Assembly (NCBI GenBank): GCA_038520195.1
Contig: JBCBLJ010000001.1
Coordinates: 1 to 57,460 of the forward strand
DNA: 57,460 bases
Direction: 5' to 3'
Source: Planctomycetota bacterium
GTDB lineage: Bacteria > Planctomycetota > Planctomycetia > Pirellulales > Pirellulaceae
A program made the position numbers and the translations under genes. Under the pieces are notes generated by a model. The model saw only the letters and a program-made list of their open reading frames with translations. It did no database searches and had not been told where the DNA came from. Below are positions 53,901-57,460 of this stretch, piece after piece. Position 1 is the stretch's first letter; every line of letters starts with the position of its first letter.

Positions 53901-56900
53901 AGAAGGACCAAGCTTTCCTGCGCACCGACGTCGACGCCGAAGTCACCGTCAACGGCAAAGTCTTTTCGATCGAACGGCAATACGACTCGCTCCAACGGAA
54001 CGTCCAGGGGGAACTCGGTTCTTCTTGGCGTTTCACATTCGCCGAAACGAGATTGCAACTCGGCGTGGAACCCGACGCACGAACAGTAGGTAATCGGGAT
54101 GCGTTTGAAGCCATTGGGGTCTATTCGGCGCTCTCAAGTGGCGACCGCGTTTATCTCAATCTGCCCGATGGCCGACGCGCCGGTTTCACGTTCGATCCTG
54201 TCGCCGTTCAGCCCTTCGCAAATAACGATACGCTCCTCTTCTATCGCCCGCGTTGGATCCCCGATGACGGCATTGAGTACCAACTCGAATCGGTCGACCG
54301 GCTTTTGACGCGCGGCGGAACGCGCTTTTACGATCAGGCGAGTGGGCAACCGTATCACCCAAGCAACCGATTGCTTGGCGAGGATGCGTACCGATTGATC
54401 GCGCCAGACGCCTCAACGGATACTCTCGATGGCGATGGCAGGATCCAGCGTCGCGAATGGAATGACGGTGACGTTTGGCACTTTAGCGCGAGCGGCATCA
54501 CGCTCTCCGGCGGTGAGTTCTTGCCGATGGTCACCGACGCCGATGGCCGCATCACTTCGATTCGTTTGCCGGCTCATCTCTCGCCGCTCGGCGATCTGCA
54601 CTATCGATACGATTCATTGGGTCGCTTGATCGAAACGATCACGTCGACGGACGCGTCCTCGCTGCATCGTTACGGATACGAACAAGGCACGGCTGCTTTG
54701 ACCGTCGCTGGTGGCGACGACCCACGCGCCTATCCATCCGGGAAACCGCTCACCGGGGACCTGGCAAGGGTCGCCGATTTTGCCGGCAACGAGACAATCG
54801 GCGAGATCGGTGCCGGTGAACAACATCACTACGCTTTCACGATCGATGAGGCTCAGCTTCGCGCGACGGACGAGGGCGTTGTTTGGGTTCGCGCATCCGT
54901 TGAACGATATCGAAGTCGATTCATCGCCGACACGCCGACGATCCTCGGACTCGATCCCGTCGCCCGAAGTGTCGGTGATGACCGCACCGTTGCGTTATTC
55001 GCGATCTCCGAACCGGGACAGTACTTACTCGGCGTCGAAGGCGGCGCGGCCACGGATGCGGGCCGGTATCTCGTGCGGCTCGATGTCGTCGGCGACGTCG
55101 ATCGCGACGGCAGTGTTGACGGCTTCGATAGTGGTCTGCTTGCTGACGTACTCGGCAGCTTCGAAGGTGATCGGCGTTACGAACCGTCCGCTGATTTTGA
55201 CTCCGACGGAGCCATCACGGTCGCCGACACCCAGCTTTTGGCAGCCAATTTTGGTGTGACGTGGGGATTCAGTTCCCAGACGGTGTCCGACCGGTTCACC
55301 ACCGCAGCGTTTCCCGTCTACATTCCTGAGCCGGGGTCGGGCGACGGCCCCGAGTTTGATCCGCCGGTGGATCCATCGACCGGTTCAGACACGCGAATCA
55401 CGCTGCCTCCCGCGCCACCGGCTGGCATCGATCCGCCGGATCTGCCCCCGGAGTCGCTCGCAACGATTGAGGGAGCGACCTTCGGCATTCGTGACGGATT
55501 CTTCGAGGGCAACGGCTCAAGCTGGGCGACGGTCGGTGATGTCGCGTTTGAAAACGGTGTTGCGAAACTTCAAGAGACACCCGGCGTACGAACGTCATTA
55601 CGGCAGGCATTCTTCATTCCCGATGCCGCGACGACGCTTCGCTTCTCCGTTTCCGGACTCAGCCTTGGCGCCGATGACCAGCGTGTTCCTGATGCGTTTG
55701 AAGTGGCACTCGTTGATGCGACCACCCTCGATCCGCTTGTCGCGCCCGCCCAACGAGACTCCGACGCGTTTCTCAATCTTGCCTTTGACGGCAGATACAC
55801 CGCGTCGACTCAGGTGATCGTTGGTGATGCCCAAGCCCCCGACCCTGGTGTTGATTTAGGTGGCACGACGAGCGAACGCCTTCTCGTCCAACTCGACATC
55901 GATGCTGTTCCCGCCGGCACGCTCGCCATTCTGTCCTTCGATTTGCTCGGCTTTGCCACTGCATCGAGCCATGTCAGGCTCGACGAGGTCTTTCTTGTTG
56001 GTGAAGACTTGCGAGCACCGATTGCTCAAACGGATCTCGCGACCACCGATGAAGACGTTCCGATCGTACTGGACGTCTTGGCGAACGACTCCGACAGCGA
56101 GACTTCGATCGACCGTAACACGCTCTCCATTTTGGCCAATCCCAATCACGGCCAAGTGATTGTCGGCGCGACGGGACTGGTGACCTACTCACCCGACCCC
56201 GACTACTCCGGTCACGACAGCTTCAGCTACACCGTCAAAGACTCCGACGGATACCTTTCCAACGAAGCCTTTGTCAGTATCGACATCGCGCCCGCGACCG
56301 ACACACCGGCGCTTTTCTTTACCGAGGCCTTTGGTGATCAAGACACCGAGATCGCACTCAACATCGCCGTCACGTCAGGCGATCTCGATGGCAGCGAGTC
56401 TCTTTCGATCAAGATCGATTCGTTGCCACAGGGAGCGACGCTGACCTCCGGCACACGAACCGCTGACGGCAGTTACGATCTCACGGCTGAACAACTGATT
56501 GGCCTTCGACTGATCCCGTCGGCGGGTTGGAGCGGGCAAGCCTTGATCGACATCAGGGCCACCGCGGAAGACGATGGCGATGACCCCGTCGAAGTCACCG
56601 GCGCGATGCTCCTGGATGTGGCTGCCAGCATCGTCGAGCCGATTTCACTGCGAGGTTTTGAGGTCAATCGCGGTGAAACGCAACGCTCGTCCCTACACAC
56701 GCTCGCGGTCACGTTCAACCAAGATGCCTGGATCGTCGATCCCAGCGCCGACATCCTCATTGTGAGCGACGACGGTGAAGACACACGGATCGATCCTGCG
56801 CGGTTCAGCTACGACGACGATACGTTCACGCTGACGATCGACGTCGAGGGTCTCATTACGCGAGATGATCAATACTATTTGGCCCTGCGTGCCGCCGGGA

Positions 56901-57460
56901 TCGCGAGCGACTCCAACCGTCTCCAGACGATGGCCAACGGACCCGAGTACGGATCGGAGTTTGTGCCCCTGCCATTCCATCGCTTATTGGCGGACGTCAA
57001 CGGCAACAATCAAGTCGATGTCGCGGATTGGCAAGACATTCGAGAAAGCCTCAATTCACGATCCGATCAGCCTCGTTACGTCGCGTATCGTGACCTGACC
57101 GGCGAGGGCATCATCGATCGACACGACTTTGTCGCCTGGCGAAACCAACTCGGCGACACAACCGATGATCAACCTCCGCAGGTGTTGGGGACCGTCACAC
57201 TGCCCGGAAATCAGCTTCCGCTCGCGAACACCTTCCAAACCGAGGCGGTGTTTGTCGTCGTGGCGGACGATGTCAGTGCCATCACGTCGCTCACCGCATC
57301 CATCAACGGCTCGGCCGCGATCGAGCTCGGGGATCATCGCATAGAGTTCGACGAGCGGAATCCGCAGCGCCTGGTCGACCGACAGCCGATCCGCGAGCTC
57401 GATCGCGGCCGAGCCGTTGATGGATGCGGTGAGCGACGTGATGGCACTGACATCGTCCGC
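35927..57460 (+). CDS. Giant (>7,100 aa, 3'-truncated) planctomycete surface protein: Leu-rich beta-solenoids, 13 CARDB-like repeats, beta-propeller, ~9 putative-Ig repeats, YD/RHS-like segment, two dockerin-like domains
   Basis: ATG 35927 reads MMARKQRR...RRSPFERLEDRHLLATIQWDGGGDG. The frame translates to coherent domains wherever sampled and is open at the last base. The ORF track lists no plus-strand ORF in this frame after 35927, as expected if no stop occurs. The last ~67 nt are probably artefactual. Confidence 0.9.
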   Translation, partial: MMARKQRRLSDQPSFAQRQRERRRAKVARLSRRRLSDGLRRSPFERLEDRHLLATIQWDGGGDGTRWHDPLNWVDDTIPGPSDDAVIDDPAELDVTIDLPTEVASIDSSEHLHLVGVELKTSSLIVDELSIDNGTLAPNATGSLSTNVADRLTIETAASQFMILGQLQVSGDLVLGGGFTLVADGSESSLTLDGQANLERTSLSAINGGTLSIPAVESIRFDSSSINQSLRLEARGAGSRIELPGLISLNGGTHFNADVDVIADAGGAIDLSSVVAIIDPVAGDTRRRDIAIRATGSDSSIDLSSLTSIIDRGADERTEFTALAGGTVIAPLLTNAQGTSFVDDASGNLSLEQLVSLVDSRIHVSDRNVTLGALTSASESVFAVSGATLSLPLIESLRDGGIALDGASFDAPSLRNIDGSDLSVGSGATIHLPGITSYRHLGDASSVRRSWNASGAGSRIELPDLASIVGGTGFANEHAIAATGGGIISLPAVEQILDPDQGDLRFRAFQITASESGSEIHLDSLTAIVDRAGADAASVIDASVGGVIVAPALTHLRGVDLTIDTATDVPVANFVDVDDSSILVDGQPSVFASLRSIRRSTLVLNDTDAELNLITRFEHNQLITDFDATVRLPLVTSIDGSGFEAYGGTRIAFPDIESYDMASSENGEQVTWIADGLGSRIDLSGLRSIRGGTGQQNRLTAEASFGGSLDLRDVTQIVDPNEGNASGRGFEFVAEGGGSEIRFDALANIIDRNDDNRSILTSRDGGSITAPSLVTLINTDLSGDSIGEQGESSSDSSGQSSDNDDDGSAFTPAAIQTVSWIAGDGDWADGSNWSSGTVPGRFDAVQLPDANVTVTLAAGDHVIHRINGPGALHLTGGSLTVFGSSTLSGDVNLSGGAALKARGPQAAVLVNGPQAIDGGNLQVLDGAEIRFASVSSYSLAATANNQQRSWLAEGAGSRIVFDALTTIRGGTFFGNRLEIEARAGAQIELPAVTRIEDGVTGNASRRAISVKALDAGSRIDLSSLSVFHDASTSPDDGTSYSQLIARNGATMELDALTSLQGVSVARDALSALSVVGLTTFDEGRLEVIDETVALPSLASAIGTYFIADNASIELTALTTLHDGGLEVRSGGGIQSPSLALIDGSELIAKDGGQLDLPLVASYSHSSTVDSQTRRFVASGNSSRIRLANLTIIEGGSRFRAVHSLEARDGGLIDLPALTQVTEPTSGNREGRAVHFTADGLASQIELPVLAQVTDVGESPVTQNATSGHSSLAATRGGQVNAPSLTSVNGTRLFADETSTIDVAQLESAVDSVVHLIGSTPVEFTSLRTAIGSALRFDGREATFPLLTDLYGGELSVQGGTSATAAVLERIDSVTLIVRDGVTLSLPAVNSIAHATTGNSQRMLFRAEGPGSVLELPNVDQIIGGDHFAAVTRLEAISGGRIHLPNTQEIEERDSGNANQRRIEVLAEGIGSVIHLGQLVSFTDNFAGSLDGADRFSAIESRYGGTIEIATTSFFVPTLTGVHVTVGDEGTISGALNIDQGSILIGSGFVDAFTIIDGLVRPEPELMIGGLVLRETGVIEFEVGGQVPILEHDVLRAGFAELNGTIRLVRVEDHSPQAGDRYAVMTFEDIEGTPLYEGLDFGTQVLSPELSATSLEFTTGFSSGPSVAEITPSDSAAEPDGPFLVIRFDEPIDPSTFDISDVALANPSDVAVAVQSIAPVSGTDDQFLLRPDTTSFVNGSYSITIGPDILDLVGNAMNQDGDMSNGEAVEDEFAGMFNWALPDLRVEGGVVPTVGTEFTFGDDVQLTFDVVNQSVAIAGGSGWSDRVFLSRDTILDAGDLELAHFTRNDVVGPGASYTNTGPITLPLDETYGEGTYYLLVSIDDDSAINEIDDENVFASVELQLSFPPLIDLTPTAIEGPSVGQPRQSSVFTWSVTNQGDLPTSGAWFDHVYLESTADGSRVLAGSVFHFTQTLRPGESYTSMMTTSLPDLEDGDYRVIVTTDASDRFVEGPFESNNDRVGNMITLTHADVSVQNVIAPSSADSGQAITISWDFLNSGSGTAFGWQQRVVISSDELFSADDRVIDAFTASPLGPGQTRAVNREITLPLDFEGNLFVLIVSDAANEVGELPPGEANNVASSPIELTLAPFADLAVSGITAPQRVIGDPALIEVGWTVTNLGTGRGVSDTWTDAIVLSTNDVLGDSDDRIVATFEQTTGLDQNASYSRLETIKLPPGTNNRFHLFVHSDDGDRVFENGRESNNSLEADHTVEVMPAPFADLIVSDIDVPLPVNAGSIAEVSWAVTNQGIGITSRGDWYDLVYLAADQAGTQPIDGTERSFQHFGQVEPGGVYSRTGSLTIPDGLSGDHYFIVHTAIRDAPFEFLFTDNNLAPSVAVPITLLPAPDLVVTDIIAPTEAEEGTLIDVAWTIQNDGVGEANGGWLDRVYLQDAGDIDAPIIELGQYPFTGSVPAGQSYTRREAVRVPVESSGVFRLFVRTNFEDLLYEGSGNGNNTSFEPITVDVKPRADLQVESITIPDRLSAGMTLSPEFIIVNQGSIGTGSRRWVDRVYLSLDPVIDQADILIGELDNGSSLEAGQRYSTEAGSVTIPIRYRGDVYVIVQTDAEDRVEEWPRNDNNITFQSLFIEPEPLADLVVSNVVSPTQVVAGAEVPVRYTVTNLGNGATHGDTWAENVWLTRDRNRPHPGQGDILLETITHTGSLGRLAGYETATSVRIPVNLESGNWFITPWVDPLDVIPEDTLASNENPDDPGNFDNNNYKARAVDVVGAQPDLIVSSLDAPATAVGGDTVTITWTVENIGFADAQPGGWLDRVYLSDHPDPNAEGAKSLLLSEYKREAPLVRGAAYTASIDVPLSPSATGQYVVVITDDELPPTPSIDLTGFFPGLTETDENFSPVAEVDETNNVTAIETHIVANAANLQVVSFDLPQDRRSGEEVTIRYTIENVGDHSIWGGTRYWRDFIWLSADDTFIRNRASYLGSAVHVPEGVIAPGDQYTMEFTATLPEGASGDYSLWVHLDSHNDQSPFLFPFQARVLTENWFPADEGSNAAWLAHFDRWAFEDPSDNLARADFSIVYQEADLQVTDFVIPPGASSGETVEVTYTIENQGDRATRVDAWTDRIFISRDASLDNFDHELASVPRRGTLAPGESYTARTNVRIPDGIEGDVHLAVFADSAAQRDRAQRPSDIGFGLVGLEFETPGSLAPWDLASQAARESARGDVKEYQLEGNNLAIESIPIALTPPPDLQVASIDAPTRADRGQEIAVNYTVTNFGGDSLDGQDEWIDLVYLSRDEFLDLGSDLHLGAFERVAVLGAGESYSESVVVSLPTDLLGAYYVFVITDPERGSLRGDVFEGNQERNNSAASEVPMIIELPPPVDLQITDIDVPDELTTGQTASIQWTVTNTSSEAVSGRWSDTVYFSNDAAWDLTDAAAGRVEFRGTIAPGESYTSTLEAITPSITPGSYRAIVRTDIFNEVYEDVADGNNTTASPSTVTVTAPQLTLDVEFGTTIGSSEDRLFAVDVPADRTLRVTVIAEDDSTHEVFLKHNDAPTVRTFDAGSGGRLSDTPAAIVPTTEAGTYFVLVRGFATESKDSPIRILAELLPLAITDIETDIGGDSSFVTATIRGARFHKDAIVKLVRPGFAELTPVNQHYVSASEIIITLDLEDVPRGLYDLQVINPSGDSAVVPYRFQVERTIEPEVTVGVGGPRFILAGDSGTYSVSLRNLGNVDAPYVFYQVGVPELGVNENVYNLPFASFTSNLRGGPEGSLVDLPWAELDSAVNNDGHVTASGYLFDQPADGFSGFTFQVQTYPGLRELHDHSFAAFRDRIYEAIPEYAALDLLADGPEALDQVSPGLSLVWEAFGAIPDLLIQPLIPLQYHVVASATSMTRDEFLEHTLAEADQLRNGILADETADAALVSLAGDPDAWRSLYLNYLVESGRLRAEDAVPPTRRDQELASLLATLAGGVLTGPGGEQVRLSGEFVDFFESVRRWYGHDPTLEAPVQEDNASFSSDSLSFLGILESPNPVAAIPTFDDYDLGLSSNTHFQSMRVYVPWVPFGNRGAGIPAEYQITGITPNDEDIFFPLNLQDYYEEEGRTGGASQTGPFTLETGGFVPVGEALPVTVHFQNDPGATRDANEIRIVVPLDDEADPRTFRLGDLQIGDLTIRMPPGRSLYQDDLEFAETLGFNVRVSAGVDLQSRSANWLIQAIDPLTGEVRTDIEDGLLPPNNARGQGAGFVSYSIEIDSASETTDTFTASARVLLDNAPPEDAESLSYTIDAIAPVSRTQAASLNDEGDVLVSWEVVDDEGGSGFKHVTLYVAEDGGDFKIWQRQLSEASGESVFAGIAGRDYEFLALASDRAGNRETPPTGASAEDDGSTTSLGTLPSVDATTSPNFGIAATPTSEPSTNPLFVVAEQSVPNRIDTSRPATFDQVLKPFTARQFADGFDVASSGIATSGVGPLAIVETPDGEVLVSGGPSRNQLYRFDADGGTATGVWAELDYPIYNLAFGVEGRLWATTGGGPLLELDPVDGAIVAEYGDGITLGLAIDPIDGSLLVGSRYGVERFDPATQTFDRLSRDQNLRIGSLAFSNDGTLYAVQWPERNAVLRFTELGRAETVLSFDTPIDSIAFGAEDTPLEGLLFVTHNSGDRGFGQSVARDRESELTMVDLATLRRVAVASGGSRGDVATTTRDGRVLVSQSDSIDVLSPIRVPEIVATNPAEQTIIALPLGLISVTFSEDMFVGSGAEPNSVLNPGNYAVRSGSGDHPVVIEVAYHEASRTASLFVEGFSPGEQTLFVGAAIESAGGFTLPAGYEVNFTAVSEFSSNVNIQITDTRLDRAAQALSYEVVITNQGDHDLLLPMSLVLTPEGDVGRAVPGQTSVAMADGAWLFDLADNVPGDVRLSPGESTTAKTLRVLGPDDSSADFVPGFLAAASPNLRPEFTTFPPETIVAGATYEYEARAEDPDGVAIRYLLRDAPDGMTVDASTGMVSWSTSIDVGESQQVELYAIDSRGGLARQRWEITVAGADRAPSFVQPPDSASMNENQTLVLPIQVIDADSANIDIWVENLPPGAFLDPSDNTLYWSPGENAAGVYADVTLVAHDGVNTVRHTFDLTVSDADRPPRITSPPRFTVRQGDVWTYRVDAFDLDQDELLFTSTNLPPGATLDAREGTLRWEVPFHLQGLVAIPIAVSAGGRSTVGEVTLEVLNANGAPSFDPMRGWSIDEGKLLTIITFARDPDNPEFSLSSGDVSPVTYRAVELPEGATFDAATATFEWTPGFDQSGDYEVVFQATDDGDGTDDPVTIESTVPISVRDVNRQPVIEVIANQVFVRGEMVDIPVVALDPDGDAVMLEAVSGFGGISLPDFVTFFDNGNGTGFFHFAPGTGDRGDYTFSLIATDDGNGRGRGAVESVRYDFIVSIESENDPPILEPISSMALAGGPLRLPIQASDLDQESLTYAFVGLPDNARIVAGARYGEALLNWDPTPDDIGTYDVTVTVTDGGNGDAGLSISDSQSFTIQVRDNNQTPALSVPTNVVTSEGQPLIVHFSASDADADTIRFVASGLPADAVLNPLTGQLTWTPSFEDAGSYTFDVTATDGVSSETRPVSITVENVNRSPQLAFPAAQFAREGVSTEFRVTGADFDGGALELVATNVPDGAFFDVTTGVFRWQPGFDQAGRYVVSFTLTDDQNATDSIEVPIVVDNVNRAPQIDAREHQVLVGELLDISIAASDPDADDTLVYSAHGLPEGAEIDATSGRITWIPNPGQLGSLIVDARVSDGLAEAKRNVVIHAVATPTQPSVRIVTTPSFPALPGQTIRVQVIADGLAPIQSLSLNLDAVPLTLDERGRAEFTAGAPGKQSLTATATDGDGFTGRFEQTVRVRESSDRDPPAIAFGAFETRFTTPSDIVATIADTNLDWWELTLAVRGSDDFVSIGRAESNVENASLVTLDPRTIANGFYTLKLTARDIGGRQSVTTRDIEVNTQQKDQAFLRTDVDAEVTVNGKVFSIERQYDSLQRNVQGELGSSWRFTFAETRLQLGVEPDARTVGNRDAFEAIGVYSALSSGDRVYLNLPDGRRAGFTFDPVAVQPFANNDTLLFYRPRWIPDDGIEYQLESVDRLLTRGGTRFYDQASGQPYHPSNRLLGEDAYRLIAPDASTDTLDGDGRIQRREWNDGDVWHFSASGITLSGGEFLPMVTDADGRITSIRLPAHLSPLGDLHYRYDSLGRLIETITSTDASSLHRYGYEQGTAALTVAGGDDPRAYPSGKPLTGDLARVADFAGNETIGEIGAGEQHHYAFTIDEAQLRATDEGVVWVRASVERYRSRFIADTPTILGLDPVARSVGDDRTVALFAISEPGQYLLGVEGGAATDAGRYLVRLDVVGDVDRDGSVDGFDSGLLADVLGSFEGDRRYEPSADFDSDGAITVADTQLLAANFGVTWGFSSQTVSDRFTTAAFPVYIPEPGSGDGPEFDPPVDPSTGSDTRITLPPAPPAGIDPPDLPPESLATIEGATFGIRDGFFEGNGSSWATVGDVAFENGVAKLQETPGVRTSLRQAFFIPDAATTLRFSVSGLSLGADDQRVPDAFEVALVDATTLDPLVAPAQRDSDAFLNLAFDGRYTASTQVIVGDAQAPDPGVDLGGTTSERLLVQLDIDAVPAGTLAILSFDLLGFATASSHVRLDEVFLVGEDLRAPIAQTDLATTDEDVPIVLDVLANDSDSETSIDRNTLSILANPNHGQVIVGATGLVTYSPDPDYSGHDSFSYTVKDSDGYLSNEAFVSIDIAPATDTPALFFTEAFGDQDTEIALNIAVTSGDLDGSESLSIKIDSLPQGATLTSGTRTADGSYDLTAEQLIGLRLIPSAGWSGQALIDIRATAEDDGDDPVEVTGAMLLDVAASIVEPISLRGFEVNRGETQRSSLHTLAVTFNQDAWIVDPSADILIVSDDGEDTRIDPARFSYDDDTFTLTIDVEGLITRDDQYYLALRAAGIASDSNRLQTMANGPEYGSEFVPLPFHRLLADVNGNNQVDVADWQDIRESLNSRSDQPRYVAYRDLTGEGIIDRHDFVAWRNQLGDTTDDQPPQVLGTVTLPGNQLPLANTFQTEAVFVVVADDVSAITSLTASINGSAAIELGDHRIEFDERNPQRLVDRQPIRELDRGRAVDGCGERRDGTDIVR
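36089..40550 (+). repeat. Two blocks of Leu-rich solenoid repeats (six ~220-aa super-repeats) within the giant ORF
   Basis: 'G.GSRI.LP.L..I.GG' units start near 36632, 37289, 37952, 38786, 39461 and 40148. Each block opens with a W..G.G.W.D..NW...PG..D cap (36098, 38384). Confidence 0.7.
41264..46440 (+). repeat. Thirteen tandem CARDB-like Ig repeats within the giant ORF
   Basis: Repeat starts (P/A)DL.V near 41265, 41650, 42005, 42365, 42745, 43122, 43490, 43860, 44275, 44715, 45195, 45690 and 46085, most with W.V.N.G, W.D.VYLS and a terminal E..E.NN. Confidence 0.78.
50760..53330 (+). repeat. About nine putative-Ig/cadherin-like repeats within the giant ORF
   Basis: Units start N/D-R.P (e.g. 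DRAPSF, NGAPSF, NRQPVI, NRSPQL, NRAPQI) and contain D.D.D, LP.GA..D..TG...W.P and G.Y. Confidence 0.72.
57263..57460. repeat. 67-bp inverted duplication at contig end (57263-57329 vs 57394-57460); probable fold-back chimera
   Basis: 57394-57460 is the exact reverse complement of 57263-57329. Confidence 0.9.

Noticed and set aside
36050-57344. The many short ORFs listed across the right third of the window
   Set aside because: All are off-frame or antisense shadows of the single giant frame +2 ORF.
1-57460. Hairpin telomeres of a linear replicon, suggested by inverted repeats at both ends
   Set aside because: Both fold-backs interrupt ordinary coding sequence and are unrelated to each other. 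No protelomerase or replication gene is present.

Overview
57.5-kb GC-rich bacterial contig, almost certainly from a planctomycete (Pirellulaceae-like). This rests on two proteins with the Arg-rich 'LE.R.LLA' planctomycete extracellular leader, a PVC-type heme-binding dehydrogenase, a PQQ-like propeller protein, Ser/Thr kinases and a PEP-CTERM protein. The left part (0.1-19.7 kb) holds a U32/RlhA-like hydroxylase, a kinase, AsnB, an esterase, a Tyr-rich secreted protein behind a sigma54-type promoter, an SDR / thioredoxin / ECF sigma / zinc anti-sigma module and a di-heme propeller-ankyrin protein. The middle (19.9-28.4 kb) is a conflict-like cluster: kinase-STAND NTPase-TM-FGE receptor, secreted metzincin, secreted 23-Cys protein, and a cytoplasmic Glu-specific-protease/class-3-lipase fusion. 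The right half encodes a surface-display locus: a ~2000-aa subtilase with four P-domains and a dockerin-like tail, a cohesin-like PEP-CTERM protein, and a >7,100-codon ORF (35927 to the end). The supplied ORF track omits that ORF because it has no stop codon in the window. Both contig ends are fold-back inverted duplications, probably artefacts. I saw no rRNA, tRNA, CRISPR array or transposase. All calls come from motif reading by eye; no searches were run.
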